Translations under genes and position numbers: made by a program
The notes under the pieces: generated by a model
Told to the model about the DNA's origin: nothing
Seen by the model: only the letters and a program-made list of their open reading frames with translations
Database searches by the model: none
Assembly (NCBI GenBank): GCA_035559535.1
Contig: DATMBG010000006.1
Coordinates: 1-64,000 of the forward strand
DNA: 64,000 bases
Direction: 5' to 3'
Source of the DNA: Candidatus Limnocylindrales bacterium
GTDB taxonomy: Bacteria; Moduliflexota; Moduliflexia; Moduliflexales; JAUQPW01
Part shown: positions 1 to 10,121 of the stretch, piece by piece
How the letters are laid out: each line of letters starts with the position of its first letter
Numbering within the stretch: position 1 is the stretch's first letter

Positions 1-2169
1 GATGGAGGTAATGAGGCCGGTTTCTTCGGCCAGTCGGATAAAGTTTCCTGGGAGGACCAGTCCCAATTCTGGGTGTTGCCAGCGGATCAAGGCTTCCACG
101 CCGACCATCTTTCCGGTTTTGAGATTTACCTGGGGTTGATAATATACCACAAATTGTTCTTGTTCCACGGCACGGCGTAATTTGGTTTCCAGGGCCAGGC
201 GCTCCATGGTCGCCTTGTTCATGGCCGGTGTATAGAACTGATAGTTATTACGCCCCTGCTCTTTAGCCCGGTACATGGCAATATCGGCGTTTTTCAGTAG
301 GGTTTGAGTATCCTGACCGTCTGTAGGGTAGATGGCAATCCCTAAACTTGTAGTAATATGGAGTTCATGTCCATCCAGATAAAAGGGGGGTTTAAGGGTG
401 TCCAGGATTCTTTGAGCAATCCTGGCTATGTCGTTTACATGATTGACTTTAGGTAGGAGAATGGTAAATTCATCCCCTCCCAAACGAGAGATGGTATATT
501 TATCGCTTTTGAAACGAGAGATGGTATCTCCTTTACGGAGACAGTTTGTGAGCCGGTCGGAGACCTCGCGCAACAACCGGTCTCCGAGGGTATGACCCAG
601 GGTATCATTGATGGTTTTAAAGCGATCCAGGTCGAGGAAGATCAGGGCCAACATGTGCTGGTCGCGGGAGGCTTGAGCCAGGGCCAGATTGAGGCGGTCG
701 TTGAAGAGAGCCCGATTAGGTAGACCTGTGAGGGCATCAAAGTAGGCTAACTGCTTAATAGTTTCTTCTGCCCGCTTACGCTGGGTAATATCCTGAAAAT
801 AAACGGTGAGTCCCTCCTTAGACGGATAGGCTCGTACTTCAAACCAGCTATTGAGGGGCGAATAAAAATACTCGAACTCAACCCTTACCTGCTCGGTGAT
901 GGCACGATGGAATTGCTCATATACTATCGAGTTCCCCAGATGGGGGAACAATTCCCAAACATTCTTGTTAAGCACCTTCTCGCGGGTCAATTGGAGGCGT
1001 GTGAGGAGTTTTTCTGCTTCCTGATTTAAATATGTGATACACCATTCTTTGTCGAAGGTGCAAAAGCCATCGGCGATACTTTCAAGGATATTAGCGATTT
1101 GTTTTTGTGTTGCCTCCGCCCGGGTTCTTTCATTTTGGACCAATTCAAACAGCCGGGCGTTGTCTATGGCGATGGCTGCCTGGGCTGCAAGCCCCACTAC
1201 GATCCGCTCGTGGCGTTCTGTGAAGACTCCGGCTTCCGGATGCCCAAAGAAAAGTCCGCCCAGTACCTCACCTGAACGGGAGATAACCGGAGCAGCCAGA
1301 TAACTGGTCACAGGTAAATGACCGGGAGGCATTCCATAGTAAGGAGGGTTTTTTCCATAACGGGGATCCTTCGTCACATCGGCAATACGAATAACCTCCT
1401 CACCCCGAAAGGTAGGTCCAAAAAGATCTGTGTTGTGCGGCATGGGAAAATGACCAAAGGCCTCACGGGGAACGCCTGAGAGGGTGTAAAGCATGTAAGA
1501 TTCGCCACGTTCATCTATAACATTGTAGAAAAAAGAGCCAAATGCGGCACCTGTGAGTTCGGTAGCAGCATCGGTCAGAGCCTGCACGACCTTTTGCAGA
1601 TCAAGCTCTGCTGACAGTATTTGCCCGATACGGTTGATGGTCTCAACCACCTCGGTTTGCTCACGCAGGTTGGCCTCCGTCTGCTTACGCTCGGTAATGT
1701 CCTCCATGCTCCCAGTGAGGCCAGAGAGTTCTCCATGCTCATCCCAGACTCGAAAGGCACGATTTTGGACCCAACGTATTGACCCATCGGGTCGCAGGAT
1801 ACGAAACTCCTCATCCAAATCTGCCCGGCCTTCCATGAGTCTGGCTAAACTGTCAACCACTCGCCCACGATCCTCGGGAAGGATGGCCTCAAGAAAGGAT
1901 TTCGGATCCTTGTAAAAACTTTCGCAGGTACGACCCCATACCTTCTCATAGGCAGGACTCATATAAAAACACCGGGTCATCGGAGGATCGACCATCCAGA
2001 GAACCGCAGGGATATTCTCCGCCATCTGGTGAAATCGCCTTTCGCTCTCCCGTAGTGCTTCCTCTCTTTTCTTACGTTCCATCTCTCTTACTTCGAGCTC
2101 GGCCAGTCGTCGGCGGAGTTCCGTTAATTCATTTACAAGCTGTCCTTTGGTTTTCGCTTCATCTTTCAT
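1..2169 (-). CDS. PAS/GAF-GGDEF-EAL diguanylate cyclase/phosphodiesterase (3' end runs off the window)
   Basis: Absent from the ORF track; translated by hand. Starts MKDEAKTKGQLVNELTELRRRLAELE after AGGAGAG. Contains PAS and GAF segments, SRLGGDEFT (~463-489) and VGVEALIRW (~79-105). Confidence 0.92.
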   Translation of the reverse strand, partial: MKDEAKTKGQLVNELTELRRRLAELEVREMERKKREEALRESERRFHQMAENIPAVLWMVDPPMTRCFYMSPAYEKVWGRTCESFYKDPKSFLEAILPEDRGRVVDSLARLMEGRADLDEEFRILRPDGSIRWVQNRAFRVWDEHGELSGLTGSMEDITERKQTEANLREQTEVVETINRIGQILSAELDLQKVVQALTDAATELTGAAFGSFFYNVIDERGESYMLYTLSGVPREAFGHFPMPHNTDLFGPTFRGEEVIRIADVTKDPRYGKNPPYYGMPPGHLPVTSYLAAPVISRSGEVLGGLFFGHPEAGVFTERHERIVVGLAAQAAIAIDNARLFELVQNERTRAEATQKQIANILESIADGFCTFDKEWCITYLNQEAEKLLTRLQLTREKVLNKNVWELFPHLGNSIVYEQFHRAITEQVRVEFEYFYSPLNSWFEVRAYPSKEGLTVYFQDITQRKRAEETIKQLAYFDALTGLPNRALFNDRLNLALAQASRDQHMLALIFLDLDRFKTINDTLGHTLGDRLLREVSDRLTNCLRKGDTISRFKSDKYTISRLGGDEFTILLPKVNHVNDIARIAQRILDTLKPPFYLDGHELHITTSLGIAIYPTDGQDTQTLLKNADIAMYRAKEQGRNNYQFYTPAMNKATMERLALETKLRRAVEQEQFVVYYQPQVNLKTGKMVGVEALIRWQHPELGLVLPGNFIRLAEETGLITSI

Positions 2170-2408
2170 TGCATCTTCTCTCCTGGAGGTCATGGGGTGA
2201 ACCATCAAAAACCATCAAAAATAAAGATAAAAATGTCCCAAACTGATACAGTAATAAATTAGAAGGTCTTTCAAAGCCGAAAGGCAATCCATGGCACCCT
2301 GTTAGGCTAATGAAGCCGAATCAACTGAAAGATGAGGTTCTTAAGTGCAAAATATATGCGATGTATCTGTTGATAATAGAAACTACCCGATTCCCCTCGG
2401 CCTTTCCG

Positions 2409-2433
2409 GGGTAGGGTTTTTCTAACCTAACCC
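2409..2433. repeat. 25-bp sequence repeated in inverted orientation at 4532-4556
   Basis: gggtagggtttttctaacctaaccc is the exact reverse complement of gggttaggttagaaaaaccctaccc. Confidence 0.85.
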
Positions 2434-2909
2434 TTTCGCCCCCTACACGCCAGGTTATGGTGCCTCCCGCCCAGTCCTTCCTCCCTTTCCTGAAGAAGGG
2501 AACTTCGTTTCAGAGCTCCTTCCCCAATAGATTTGTCGAAAGTCTTTTTTCTCAAAGACTTCCAAGAGATGTGGGTAATGTATAGCTTGAGGGAGGAAGG
2601 GGATTCGGAGGGGTCAGGCCCAAAAAACCTGTCCCAGAAAGCCCTTGACCTCCCCTTTGGAGTAACTGAAGAAAGCAAAGAGGTGAGTATCTTATTCAGC
2701 TTGTCTTCCGTCAAAGTATAGAAGAAGAAACTGGATTCCGGCTATTTGCCGCAATTCGCAGAACCGGGTAACAAATTTTTATGGGATGTAATAAATGAGA
2801 TCTTGACAAGAAAAAAGAATTCACACAATTTTTTAGCATGGTTTTTGATGGATGATATCAAGAAACTTAATTTCTGGTATAAGGCTTAGTAAAGGAGGAG
2901 AGGTAACTC

Positions 2910-3668
2910 ATGAGTGTACTCAGAAAGGTTGCTATTGTTACAGGAGCAGGGACGGGAATTGGTAAAGCTGTCTCACTCGCTCTTTTACGGGAAGGATATT
3001 CAGTTGTTCTGGCTGGGCGTCGTTTGGAGCCTTTAGAGATGGCTGTAAAGGAAGCCGGGCCGCTGGGTTCTCAAGCGCTGGTTGTGCCTACCGACGTAAG
3101 AGAGCCTGAATCGGTTCGCGCCTTGTTCGCCAAGACTAAGGAGACCTTTGGTCGACTGGATCTTTTGTTTAACAATGCCGGGGTCGGTGCCCCCCCTGTA
3201 CTTTTAGAAGATCTAACCTACGAGCAGTGGAAAACCGTCGTGGACATCAACCTGACCGGAGCCTTCCTGTGCACGCAGGAAGCCTTCAAGATTATGAAAA
3301 GTCAGACTCCCCGGGGAGGCCGCATCATTAATAACGGGTCTATCTCAGCCCATGCTCCCCGCCCTAACTCGGCACCCTATACGGCTACCAAGCATGCCAT
3401 CACAGGTCTCACCAAGTCAACAGCCCTGGATGGACGTAAATATGATATTGCCTGCGGTCAGATCGATATCGGTAATGCGGCAACTGAATTGACGGCAAGA
3501 ATGAAGGATGGGGTCTTACAGGCCAACGGGACAATTGCGGTTGAACCGACTATGGATGTCGAGCATGTAGCGCGTGCAGTGGTATATATGGCCAGCTTAC
3601 CACTAGATGCGAATGTACTCTTCATGACCGTTATGGCAACCAAGATGCCCTTCGTTGGACGGGGTTGA
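2910..3668 (+). CDS. Short-chain dehydrogenase/reductase
   Basis: [12 protein letters not shown] and YTATK motifs; AGGAGG RBS. Confidence 0.95.
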   Translation: MSVLRKVAIVTGAGTGIGKAVSLALLREGYSVVLAGRRLEPLEMAVKEAGPLGSQALVVPTDVREPESVRALFAKTKETFGRLDLLFNNAGVGAPPVLLEDLTYEQWKTVVDINLTGAFLCTQEAFKIMKSQTPRGGRIINNGSISAHAPRPNSAPYTATKHAITGLTKSTALDGRKYDIACGQIDIGNAATELTARMKDGVLQANGTIAVEPTMDVEHVARAVVYMASLPLDANVLFMTVMATKMPFVGRG

Positions 3669-3734
3669 TCGAAAGATCACAAGATCTCCCTCTACGTCGC
3701 TGAAGCTTAGTCTATAAGGGTCTTTGAGGCAAAA

Positions 3735-4046
3735 ATGATACGTGTGGTCTATCGGTGGAAAGTAAAGTTAAGTGAAGAAGACCTGTTCGTGAAGGCATGG
3801 ATTCGGGTAACCAGGGCGATTCGAGCCCAACTCAAAGGAGCCCGGGGAAGTCAGCTACTTCGGAGCCGTAACAACTCTCAGGAGTTTATGGCCATTGCCC
3901 GTTGGGAAAGTTTCGAGGACTGGCAGGCTTTTCGACAGGGTGAGAGGGTAGATCTGGAGGGTATTGAAGCGATGCATGCCGTAGGGGAGCTTTTGTCCAT
4001 GGAGGTATGGGACGAAGTGGAAAATCTCTTGAAGGAAGAGGTATAG
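3735..4046 (+). CDS. Antibiotic biosynthesis monooxygenase (ABM)-like dimeric alpha/beta barrel protein
   Basis: 103 aa with a GSQLLR...FMAIARWESFEDW pattern typical of ABM domains. Confidence 0.75.
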   Translation: MIRVVYRWKVKLSEEDLFVKAWIRVTRAIRAQLKGARGSQLLRSRNNSQEFMAIARWESFEDWQAFRQGERVDLEGIEAMHAVGELLSMEVWDEVENLLKEEV

Positions 4047-4053
4047 CTTCCAT

Positions 4054-4125
4054 CCATTGGAGTCGGGGCCAGGTAAACACAGGGACTGAGGAGTCCCTGT
4101 GTTTACCTGGCCCCGACTCCAATGG
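4054..4125. repeat. Perfect 34-bp inverted repeat with 4-nt loop
   Basis: ccattggagtcggggccaggtaaacacagggact-gagg-agtccctgtgtttacctggccccgactccaatgg. Confidence 0.95.
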
Positions 4126-4378
4126 TATTAAGTTAAGATCAAATAGTAAAGCTGAAGGGCTTTTAGCTCCGTCAGGAGTGTTCTCTTTATAATCAAGGTG
4201 CGCGTCTAAAACCCTAAACCCTTAGAAGAGAACGGTAGAAGAGAACGGCGTTAAGTTAAGGTCTCCTTCCTGACCTTCCTCTGCTATCGCGGCTTTCTGG
4301 ACTTAACCCCTCTGACTCCTATAGGCGCCAGGATAAGAAGGTCAGCCCCAGCGGGGCGACCTGTGGATAGCCCCTGGC

Positions 4379-4407
4379 GTAAGGGCACGGCGCCGCCGTG
4401 CCCCTAC
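4379..4407. repeat. GTAG-type REP-like palindrome
   Basis: gtaagggcacggcgccgccgtgcccctac; relatives at 55564 and 60580. Confidence 0.75.
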
Positions 4408-4671
4408 AACGTCGTCGTCTCTTTTCAGCTTAAAAAAGGCGCCTATGCCTCCGACTTTCCTTCCCTGTGAAGGAAGGGAAGAGTGGGGACCTGTACAATC
4501 TCCGAGTTCTCTCTTCCTGGGTCGGGAAGAGGGGTTAGGTTAGAAAAACCCTACCCAGAAAGTACTATCGCAGGGGAAGGAACGTTGCAGTCAAGATCTC
4601 TGCCCCTTTAAAGCAAGGAAGGGAATTGTGTCATTGCAAAGGCCGATGAGCCGAACAAAGCTCCGCTAACC

Positions 4672-5904
4672 TTAACCCCTCAGATAGCTTGTTGAAGATT
4701 CCTTTTTTTTAACTCCGACGGATCCTTCCACCTCATCGGAAATAATAATTTCTATAAAACGTTCCATCACCTGATCCCATTGAAAATTTTTTGCTACATA
4801 GGCCTGCCCGTTTTCTCCCATCCTTTGACGTTTTTCAGGATGGTTTAAGAAAAAATGAACACATTCCTCAAATTCTAAATAGTTCTTAAAAAAAAGCCCT
4901 CCTTGACTTCGACGGCAATGATCTGAGGTCACGGCACACCGTGCATGGACCAGAACCGGAGTTTTACAGACCCAGGATTCCATAATAACATAGGAAAAAC
5001 TCTCATGGATAGAAGGCTGACAGGTGAAGGTAGCCGCTGCAAAAGCATCATACTTATCCGTTTCAGAAAGAAATCCCAGGTCCAGAACTTCCCCTTGCAA
5101 AGACTCCGGAATAACGACCTGACCTCCTCCACTGAGAACGAGTTTTAAAGGAGTCGAGTGACGGTCTTTATATTTTTTAAAATACTCCAGAAGCAAAGGG
5201 GTATTTTTCTCCGGAAGTTTTCTTCCCGGACAGAAAATAAAATCTTCGTTCAGAGAAAATTTCTTTCTGAAACGACTTCCATCAAAATCTTTTCGCAGAT
5301 CTATCCCTAATCCTAACACAAGGGGCTCCCTTTTGAGATCTAATACCCGTTCTGCCAGTTGCTTTTCGGGTTCTGCATATAGAATGAGCCGTCGAACTCG
5401 CTCCAGGGCCTTACGATAGCCGATTAGATTTAGGTAATTTTCTTCATGTAAGCAAGGGATAATAAAGGAATTTTCCGGCGTAATCCAACTGCCCCAATAG
5501 GTCGTTCCGAAGAGATAAGGGGTAAAAATAAACCAATACTTATCTCGATGCTCTGCGATGTAGTGGTAAAGATTCTGACTGTTGATCATCTCTTCTATGA
5601 AACTCCTGGCTTCATCGACCGTCAGGGGTTCTCCCCGGAGAATTTTTAAGTTAATTCGATCGAAACAGAACCGATCCCTTGGATCTACTTCAAAACGTCG
5701 CACTTTTATCCCATGGACTTCATAAATTCCTTCTTCATAAAAATTTTCCCAAAAATAAAAATCCCGTGCACAAGTGGTCAAAATTTCTACGGGAATTCCC
5801 CTTTGATAAAGATGTTCTGCCAGCTCCCGACAGGCTCTCTCGGCTCCTCCCAGGAGGTTCTCCCCATACCAGGGAATAACAAAGGCAATGGGTTTGTGTA
5901 TCAT
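4672..5904 (-). CDS. GT4 family glycosyltransferase
   Basis: GGAE N-terminus; PSIHESFSYVIMESW (EX7E). Confidence 0.92.
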   Translation of the reverse strand: MIHKPIAFVIPWYGENLLGGAERACRELAEHLYQRGIPVEILTTCARDFYFWENFYEEGIYEVHGIKVRRFEVDPRDRFCFDRINLKILRGEPLTVDEARSFIEEMINSQNLYHYIAEHRDKYWFIFTPYLFGTTYWGSWITPENSFIIPCLHEENYLNLIGYRKALERVRRLILYAEPEKQLAERVLDLKREPLVLGLGIDLRKDFDGSRFRKKFSLNEDFIFCPGRKLPEKNTPLLLEYFKKYKDRHSTPLKLVLSGGGQVVIPESLQGEVLDLGFLSETDKYDAFAAATFTCQPSIHESFSYVIMESWVCKTPVLVHARCAVTSDHCRRSQGGLFFKNYLEFEECVHFFLNHPEKRQRMGENGQAYVAKNFQWDQVMERFIEIIISDEVEGSVGVKKKESSTSYLRG

Positions 5905-5991
5905 GGTTAAAAGTCGAAAATCAGGGAAGAAAGATCACGGTTTTCTATCTTCTATGCCGGATCTTTTCAAGGAGAAAGTTAGATGTTGGAT

Positions 5992-6828
5992 TTAGAGGTT
6001 TAATTTTTTCTCCAGTTCCTGGATCTTTGTTTGCAATTCTTTAATTTGGGTTTCCATAATTTCCTGCCGGTGTTCCATAAACGCACAGTAGCTGGATACG
6101 GACGATATGGCATCTAACTTGGTCGTCAGATCCTGGATCAGTCTGGATTCGTGGGCCAGTTTTCTGTCTATTCTAAAGGTTTCCCGATCTATTTTTCGAT
6201 CGATCCGAGTGGTCTCCTCTATCAGAAAGCGAACCACTTCATTGTAGAACTTAACCGCTTCTCCGCTCAAGGCTCTCTGCTTATCCAGCTTTCGTTCAAG
6301 CCTTATGATTCGTGAGAGAAGCTGAACCAGGCGGTCTACAAGTTCGTTAATGAATTGCACTAAAGTGCTGTTAAAGATCTGCTGAGCTTCGAGTACAGGG
6401 TGGAGCCAGGTATAGAGTTTGAGCCTGAGAGAGTTAAGAATTCGACCTATCAAAGGTCTGGGAGAAGCCGGAAGAGGTTGGATATGGGTGAGTTGCCATT
6501 TTTGATTGAGCGCCGTTAAGAAACGGTGCCAAAACTCAAATTTAACCACCTTTGTTTCTTCGCTCTCCAACTGTTCCTCGGTCATAAGTTCTTTCCATAG
6601 ATTGTTGATCAATAAAAGATGCCGATCCCAGAAATGAAACTCCAGGTTCTTTCTATGCTGTTCCCAAAAGGCGTCCTGTTTGGCTTCATCGAAATTTCCC
6701 TCTTCTTCAGGCGATTCTAACTCAGGTGGAAGGACTTCTGCTCCTTGCTCTCGCTCGATCTTTTCGTATATCTTAGCCATGATTTCCTCAACCCTGAGGG
6801 GTTCTTTTTCTGAATTAAGTTCTGACAT
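5992..6828 (-). CDS. Coiled-coil protein, paralog of the N-terminal half of the 12620-14137 methyltransferase
   Basis: Heptad-rich; shares the W-Q..P..S....G..L..L..L..W..P...Q..FN segment with that protein. Confidence 0.75.
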   Translation of the reverse strand: MSELNSEKEPLRVEEIMAKIYEKIEREQGAEVLPPELESPEEEGNFDEAKQDAFWEQHRKNLEFHFWDRHLLLINNLWKELMTEEQLESEETKVVKFEFWHRFLTALNQKWQLTHIQPLPASPRPLIGRILNSLRLKLYTWLHPVLEAQQIFNSTLVQFINELVDRLVQLLSRIIRLERKLDKQRALSGEAVKFYNEVVRFLIEETTRIDRKIDRETFRIDRKLAHESRLIQDLTTKLDAISSVSSYCAFMEHRQEIMETQIKELQTKIQELEKKLNL

Positions 6829-6864
6829 TGTTCTTATTTATTGTCGGTTGTCCGTTGCCGGTTG

Positions 6865-9270
6865 TTATCTGGCCGATCGATCTGCCAACCTTACTCCAGA
6901 CAACTGACGGGTGATAAAATCCACATACTTTTTTTCTATGACATCTTCCGGATAACGGGCTTTAACATATTTTTTTCCCTGCTTTCCTAAATGATGGCGC
7001 AGGTTATCGTCTTGGAGCAGCAGGTCGAGACAGGCGGCAAATTCTGGATAATTTTTGTACCATAAACCCGCCTGGCTTTGGATACAATGATCCCTTAATA
7101 CATCGCATTGTCCATTAACCAGAACCGGTTTTCCGGATCCCCAGGCTTCCAATATGGCAATGGATAAACTTTCAAAGGGAGAGGGGTTGACGATCACGGT
7201 GGCTGCGGCAATGGCATTGTATTTATCCGTATCCGGAACAAAACCTACATAACGAATTGCTGCATTCTGGGGAAGTGTCCCGTTCAGCCTTCCCATTAAT
7301 ACCAGTTGGATCTGTTGGTCTGATTCACGTCGGTATTTCAGAAAATAATCGAAGAGTTCCTCACAACCCTTGGATTTGGCAATTCGACCCATATAGAGAA
7401 GGAACTTTCCCTCGATTCCGTATTGTTTACAAAACAGATGAGGTTCTACCTTTTCAGGAAGGTTTAATCCTATCCCGATCACCTCAGAGGGAATTCCTTC
7501 ATTATGGAAAACCCGGTTCACCAGGTTTTTTTCTTCTTCTGTCAGGTAAATAATGGCTCGAGGCTTACGGAAGACCGGCTCGAAGATTTGGAGGAAGAGC
7601 GGAGGTTCATTATGGGCGGTGGGAACTAAAATACTTTTATCGGGATTGAGCTGAATCCCGAAGTAGGTGGGGTAATACAGGTAAGTGAAGAAAATTATCA
7701 GGTCGTATCGGTCCTGGTGCTTCTGGAGATACTCCACCAATCGCGTCGATTGGGGACCTTGTTTCTTCATCCACTGAAGTTGATCATAATAGCTGGTCCC
7801 TGGTTGGAAAACCTTCTGAGATTGTTTAAGGAAGTCTTCGTAATTCCGTTCCGCCTCTACCGGAAACCGTCGAACCTTGACCCCATTAAGCCGTGTTTCT
7901 CCTTCAGGATACACATTGGTCCAGAGGTTATAATCCATGGCGCAGGTGGTTAAAACTTCCAAGTCAAAGTATCTGGATAGGTGCTCTGCAACCCACCGAC
8001 AAAGGAACTCCGACCCCCCGGTGACTTCTAAGCCATAGCGTTGGACGACAAAAGCAAGTCGAGGACGTGACGATGCCAGGATAAGTTCTTCCTTCTCAGG
8101 TTTCTGTATCTTCCTGTCTCCGAGTTTCCATCTTCCCCTGTCATTATCAAAATGGGTCTTAACCAGTTGTATCAGTTCCTCCTCTAACCGCTTTTCGGTA
8201 AAGAGTTCTGCCCGTTCCCGGCATTTAATTTTTAGCTTTTGATAGGTATCCAGATCTTCCCATATCTGTTGGATGGTTTGAGCAATAACTTCGGGTTCTA
8301 ACTTATCCACCAGGATTCCGGCATCTTCCAGAACTTCTGGAATCGCAGTAGCATTATAACCGATAACGGGAGTTCCGAAGAACATGGATTCGAGTAACGG
8401 TACACAAAAGCTTTCCCATTTGGAAAGGTAGAGGGAAAATCTGGCATGTTTATAGAAGCTGGCCAGTTGGGCAGGTTTAGAAATTCTTCCGGTAAATAGA
8501 ATATCCTTTTCCAGCTTCAATTGTTTAACTAAATCTAGAGCTTTTAAATAATACCGATCTTGAGGAAAGTAGTGACCGACCAGAAAGAGTTTGATTTTGG
8601 AAGGGTCTGAGGTCTGGGGTTTATTTTCTCGTAGCTTTTTAAAATGGTAGAAGGTTTCCAGAATTTCTAAAATGGATTTCTGGGGAGTGATTTTTCCCAC
8701 AAACAGAAGGTAATCCAATCTCTTTAAATAAGAGGAAAGTTCCAGATCTTCGATTGGCCGTTTTTCGTTATTCATTGTCTGTTGCGGGGGGGGAGGGTCT
8801 ATGGGAGACGTAAATCGGGAAGTATCTACCACAAGGGGGATTTTGATAATGTGGGGGTAGCCCTTTTCTCGGAGCAGAGAAGCCGAATATTCAGAATGGG
8901 CTATGCAGAGGTCGAATTCTCCAGAAAGGCGGTTTAATAAAAGTTCCCCGCGTTGACACAGTTCTTCAATCCCCGGGTTATATTCAGCGGGAGATACGCC
9001 ATGGAAGTCCATGATCTTAAAATCCTTGCTTTGTTGAATGATACGTAAATTCGGGGAGGCAATGGAATAATGATACCAGAGAATGTCGTGTCCGGTGGGA
9101 CGATAATAGCTCGAATGTTGGCAATGGGACTTCAGATGGGGCTCATAATGATCTGCGAAGACCTTCACCGTAAAGCCCAGCTTAGATAAAATACGAAGCT
9201 GGGTTTGAATCCAATTGCCGATGGCATCCCCCTGGATATAGGTAGCCGTCATGATATTTATCGTAGGCAT
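6865..9270 (-). CDS. Double-domain GT4 glycosyltransferase
   Basis: Two EX7E motifs: ESFCVPLLE and ESLSIAILE. Confidence 0.92.
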   Translation of the reverse strand: MPTINIMTATYIQGDAIGNWIQTQLRILSKLGFTVKVFADHYEPHLKSHCQHSSYYRPTGHDILWYHYSIASPNLRIIQQSKDFKIMDFHGVSPAEYNPGIEELCQRGELLLNRLSGEFDLCIAHSEYSASLLREKGYPHIIKIPLVVDTSRFTSPIDPPPPQQTMNNEKRPIEDLELSSYLKRLDYLLFVGKITPQKSILEILETFYHFKKLRENKPQTSDPSKIKLFLVGHYFPQDRYYLKALDLVKQLKLEKDILFTGRISKPAQLASFYKHARFSLYLSKWESFCVPLLESMFFGTPVIGYNATAIPEVLEDAGILVDKLEPEVIAQTIQQIWEDLDTYQKLKIKCRERAELFTEKRLEEELIQLVKTHFDNDRGRWKLGDRKIQKPEKEELILASSRPRLAFVVQRYGLEVTGGSEFLCRWVAEHLSRYFDLEVLTTCAMDYNLWTNVYPEGETRLNGVKVRRFPVEAERNYEDFLKQSQKVFQPGTSYYDQLQWMKKQGPQSTRLVEYLQKHQDRYDLIIFFTYLYYPTYFGIQLNPDKSILVPTAHNEPPLFLQIFEPVFRKPRAIIYLTEEEKNLVNRVFHNEGIPSEVIGIGLNLPEKVEPHLFCKQYGIEGKFLLYMGRIAKSKGCEELFDYFLKYRRESDQQIQLVLMGRLNGTLPQNAAIRYVGFVPDTDKYNAIAAATVIVNPSPFESLSIAILEAWGSGKPVLVNGQCDVLRDHCIQSQAGLWYKNYPEFAACLDLLLQDDNLRHHLGKQGKKYVKARYPEDVIEKKYVDFITRQLSGVRLADRSAR

Positions 9271-9275
9271 TTCTT

Positions 9276-10079
9276 TTAAATCTCCTCTGCAAAAGTTCCA
9301 CGTAATTTTTCGAAAATAAGGTGTCCGACCACATAAGTGATTATACCAATGATAGCTACACGTGCCAGTTCATAGTAATTGGGAGCGCGCCCATAGTAGA
9401 TGATATCATGATACGCGGCAATGAGAGATGCGACCGGGTTTAAAACGATGGTGAATCGCCATTTCTCGGGAATATCCAAGATTCGGTAGATGACCGGGGT
9501 TACAAAAAACCAGAGAGTTAGTACATTGGCCAGGATGTGTTGAATGTCCCGGAAATGAACGCAAAGGGCTGATACCATCAAAGCCAGGCCTAGGGTGAAA
9601 ATCAACTGAATCAGCATAATAAGGGGTAAAACCAACATGACCGAATGGAGCTTAAATCCAAACAGCAGGCTGAGTAAAATGAGAATGGGCAACCCCAGGA
9701 GAAAATTAACTAAATTGGAAAGAACGGTCACAATAGGAAGAACTTCGGCAGGAAATAGAACTTTCTTAACCAGACTTCCACCTGCTAAAATAGAAACAGA
9801 GGCTTCCTGGAGTGAACTGGAAAACCACAACCAGGGGAGTAGGCCACTGAATAGGAAAACAACATAATGATCCATTCCAAAACGGAAATAAATGGAAAAA
9901 ACCAAGGTGTAGACGGAAATAAGTAAGAGGGGATTCAAAAAAGACCATAAAAATCCTAAAATAGAGCCTCGATATCTTGCTTTTAATTCTCTGATTACAA
10001 GGCTTTGGATAAGGCTTCGAAATTTATAGAGTTCTTTCAATTGTGCCCAGATGTCATGAATCCACATAATACAAACCAT
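9276..10079 (-). CDS. wzm: ABC-2 polysaccharide export permease
   Basis: RELKARYRGSILGFLWSFLNP, FRDIQH and LNPVASLI motifs. Confidence 0.9.
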   Translation of the reverse strand: MVCIMWIHDIWAQLKELYKFRSLIQSLVIRELKARYRGSILGFLWSFLNPLLLISVYTLVFSIYFRFGMDHYVVFLFSGLLPWLWFSSSLQEASVSILAGGSLVKKVLFPAEVLPIVTVLSNLVNFLLGLPILILLSLLFGFKLHSVMLVLPLIMLIQLIFTLGLALMVSALCVHFRDIQHILANVLTLWFFVTPVIYRILDIPEKWRFTIVLNPVASLIAAYHDIIYYGRAPNYYELARVAIIGIITYVVGHLIFEKLRGTFAEEI

Positions 10080-10121
10080 AGACCTTCAGGGTTTTAAAAA
10101 TCTGAGAGATCCGTAAAGGAT

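Noticed and set aside
1034-2246. Short ORFs over the left end
   Set aside because: They are shadows of the minus-strand GGDEF-EAL gene, which the ORF track missed because it runs off the window.
2260-2360. Possible c-di-GMP riboswitch or sigma-54 site upstream of the GGDEF-EAL gene
   Set aside because: No riboswitch consensus could be matched, and the sigma-54-like sequence lacks the invariant GG.
2427-2721. Overlapping 95-aa and 62-aa ORFs
   Set aside because: Non-ATG starts, no motifs, and overlap with repeat DNA.
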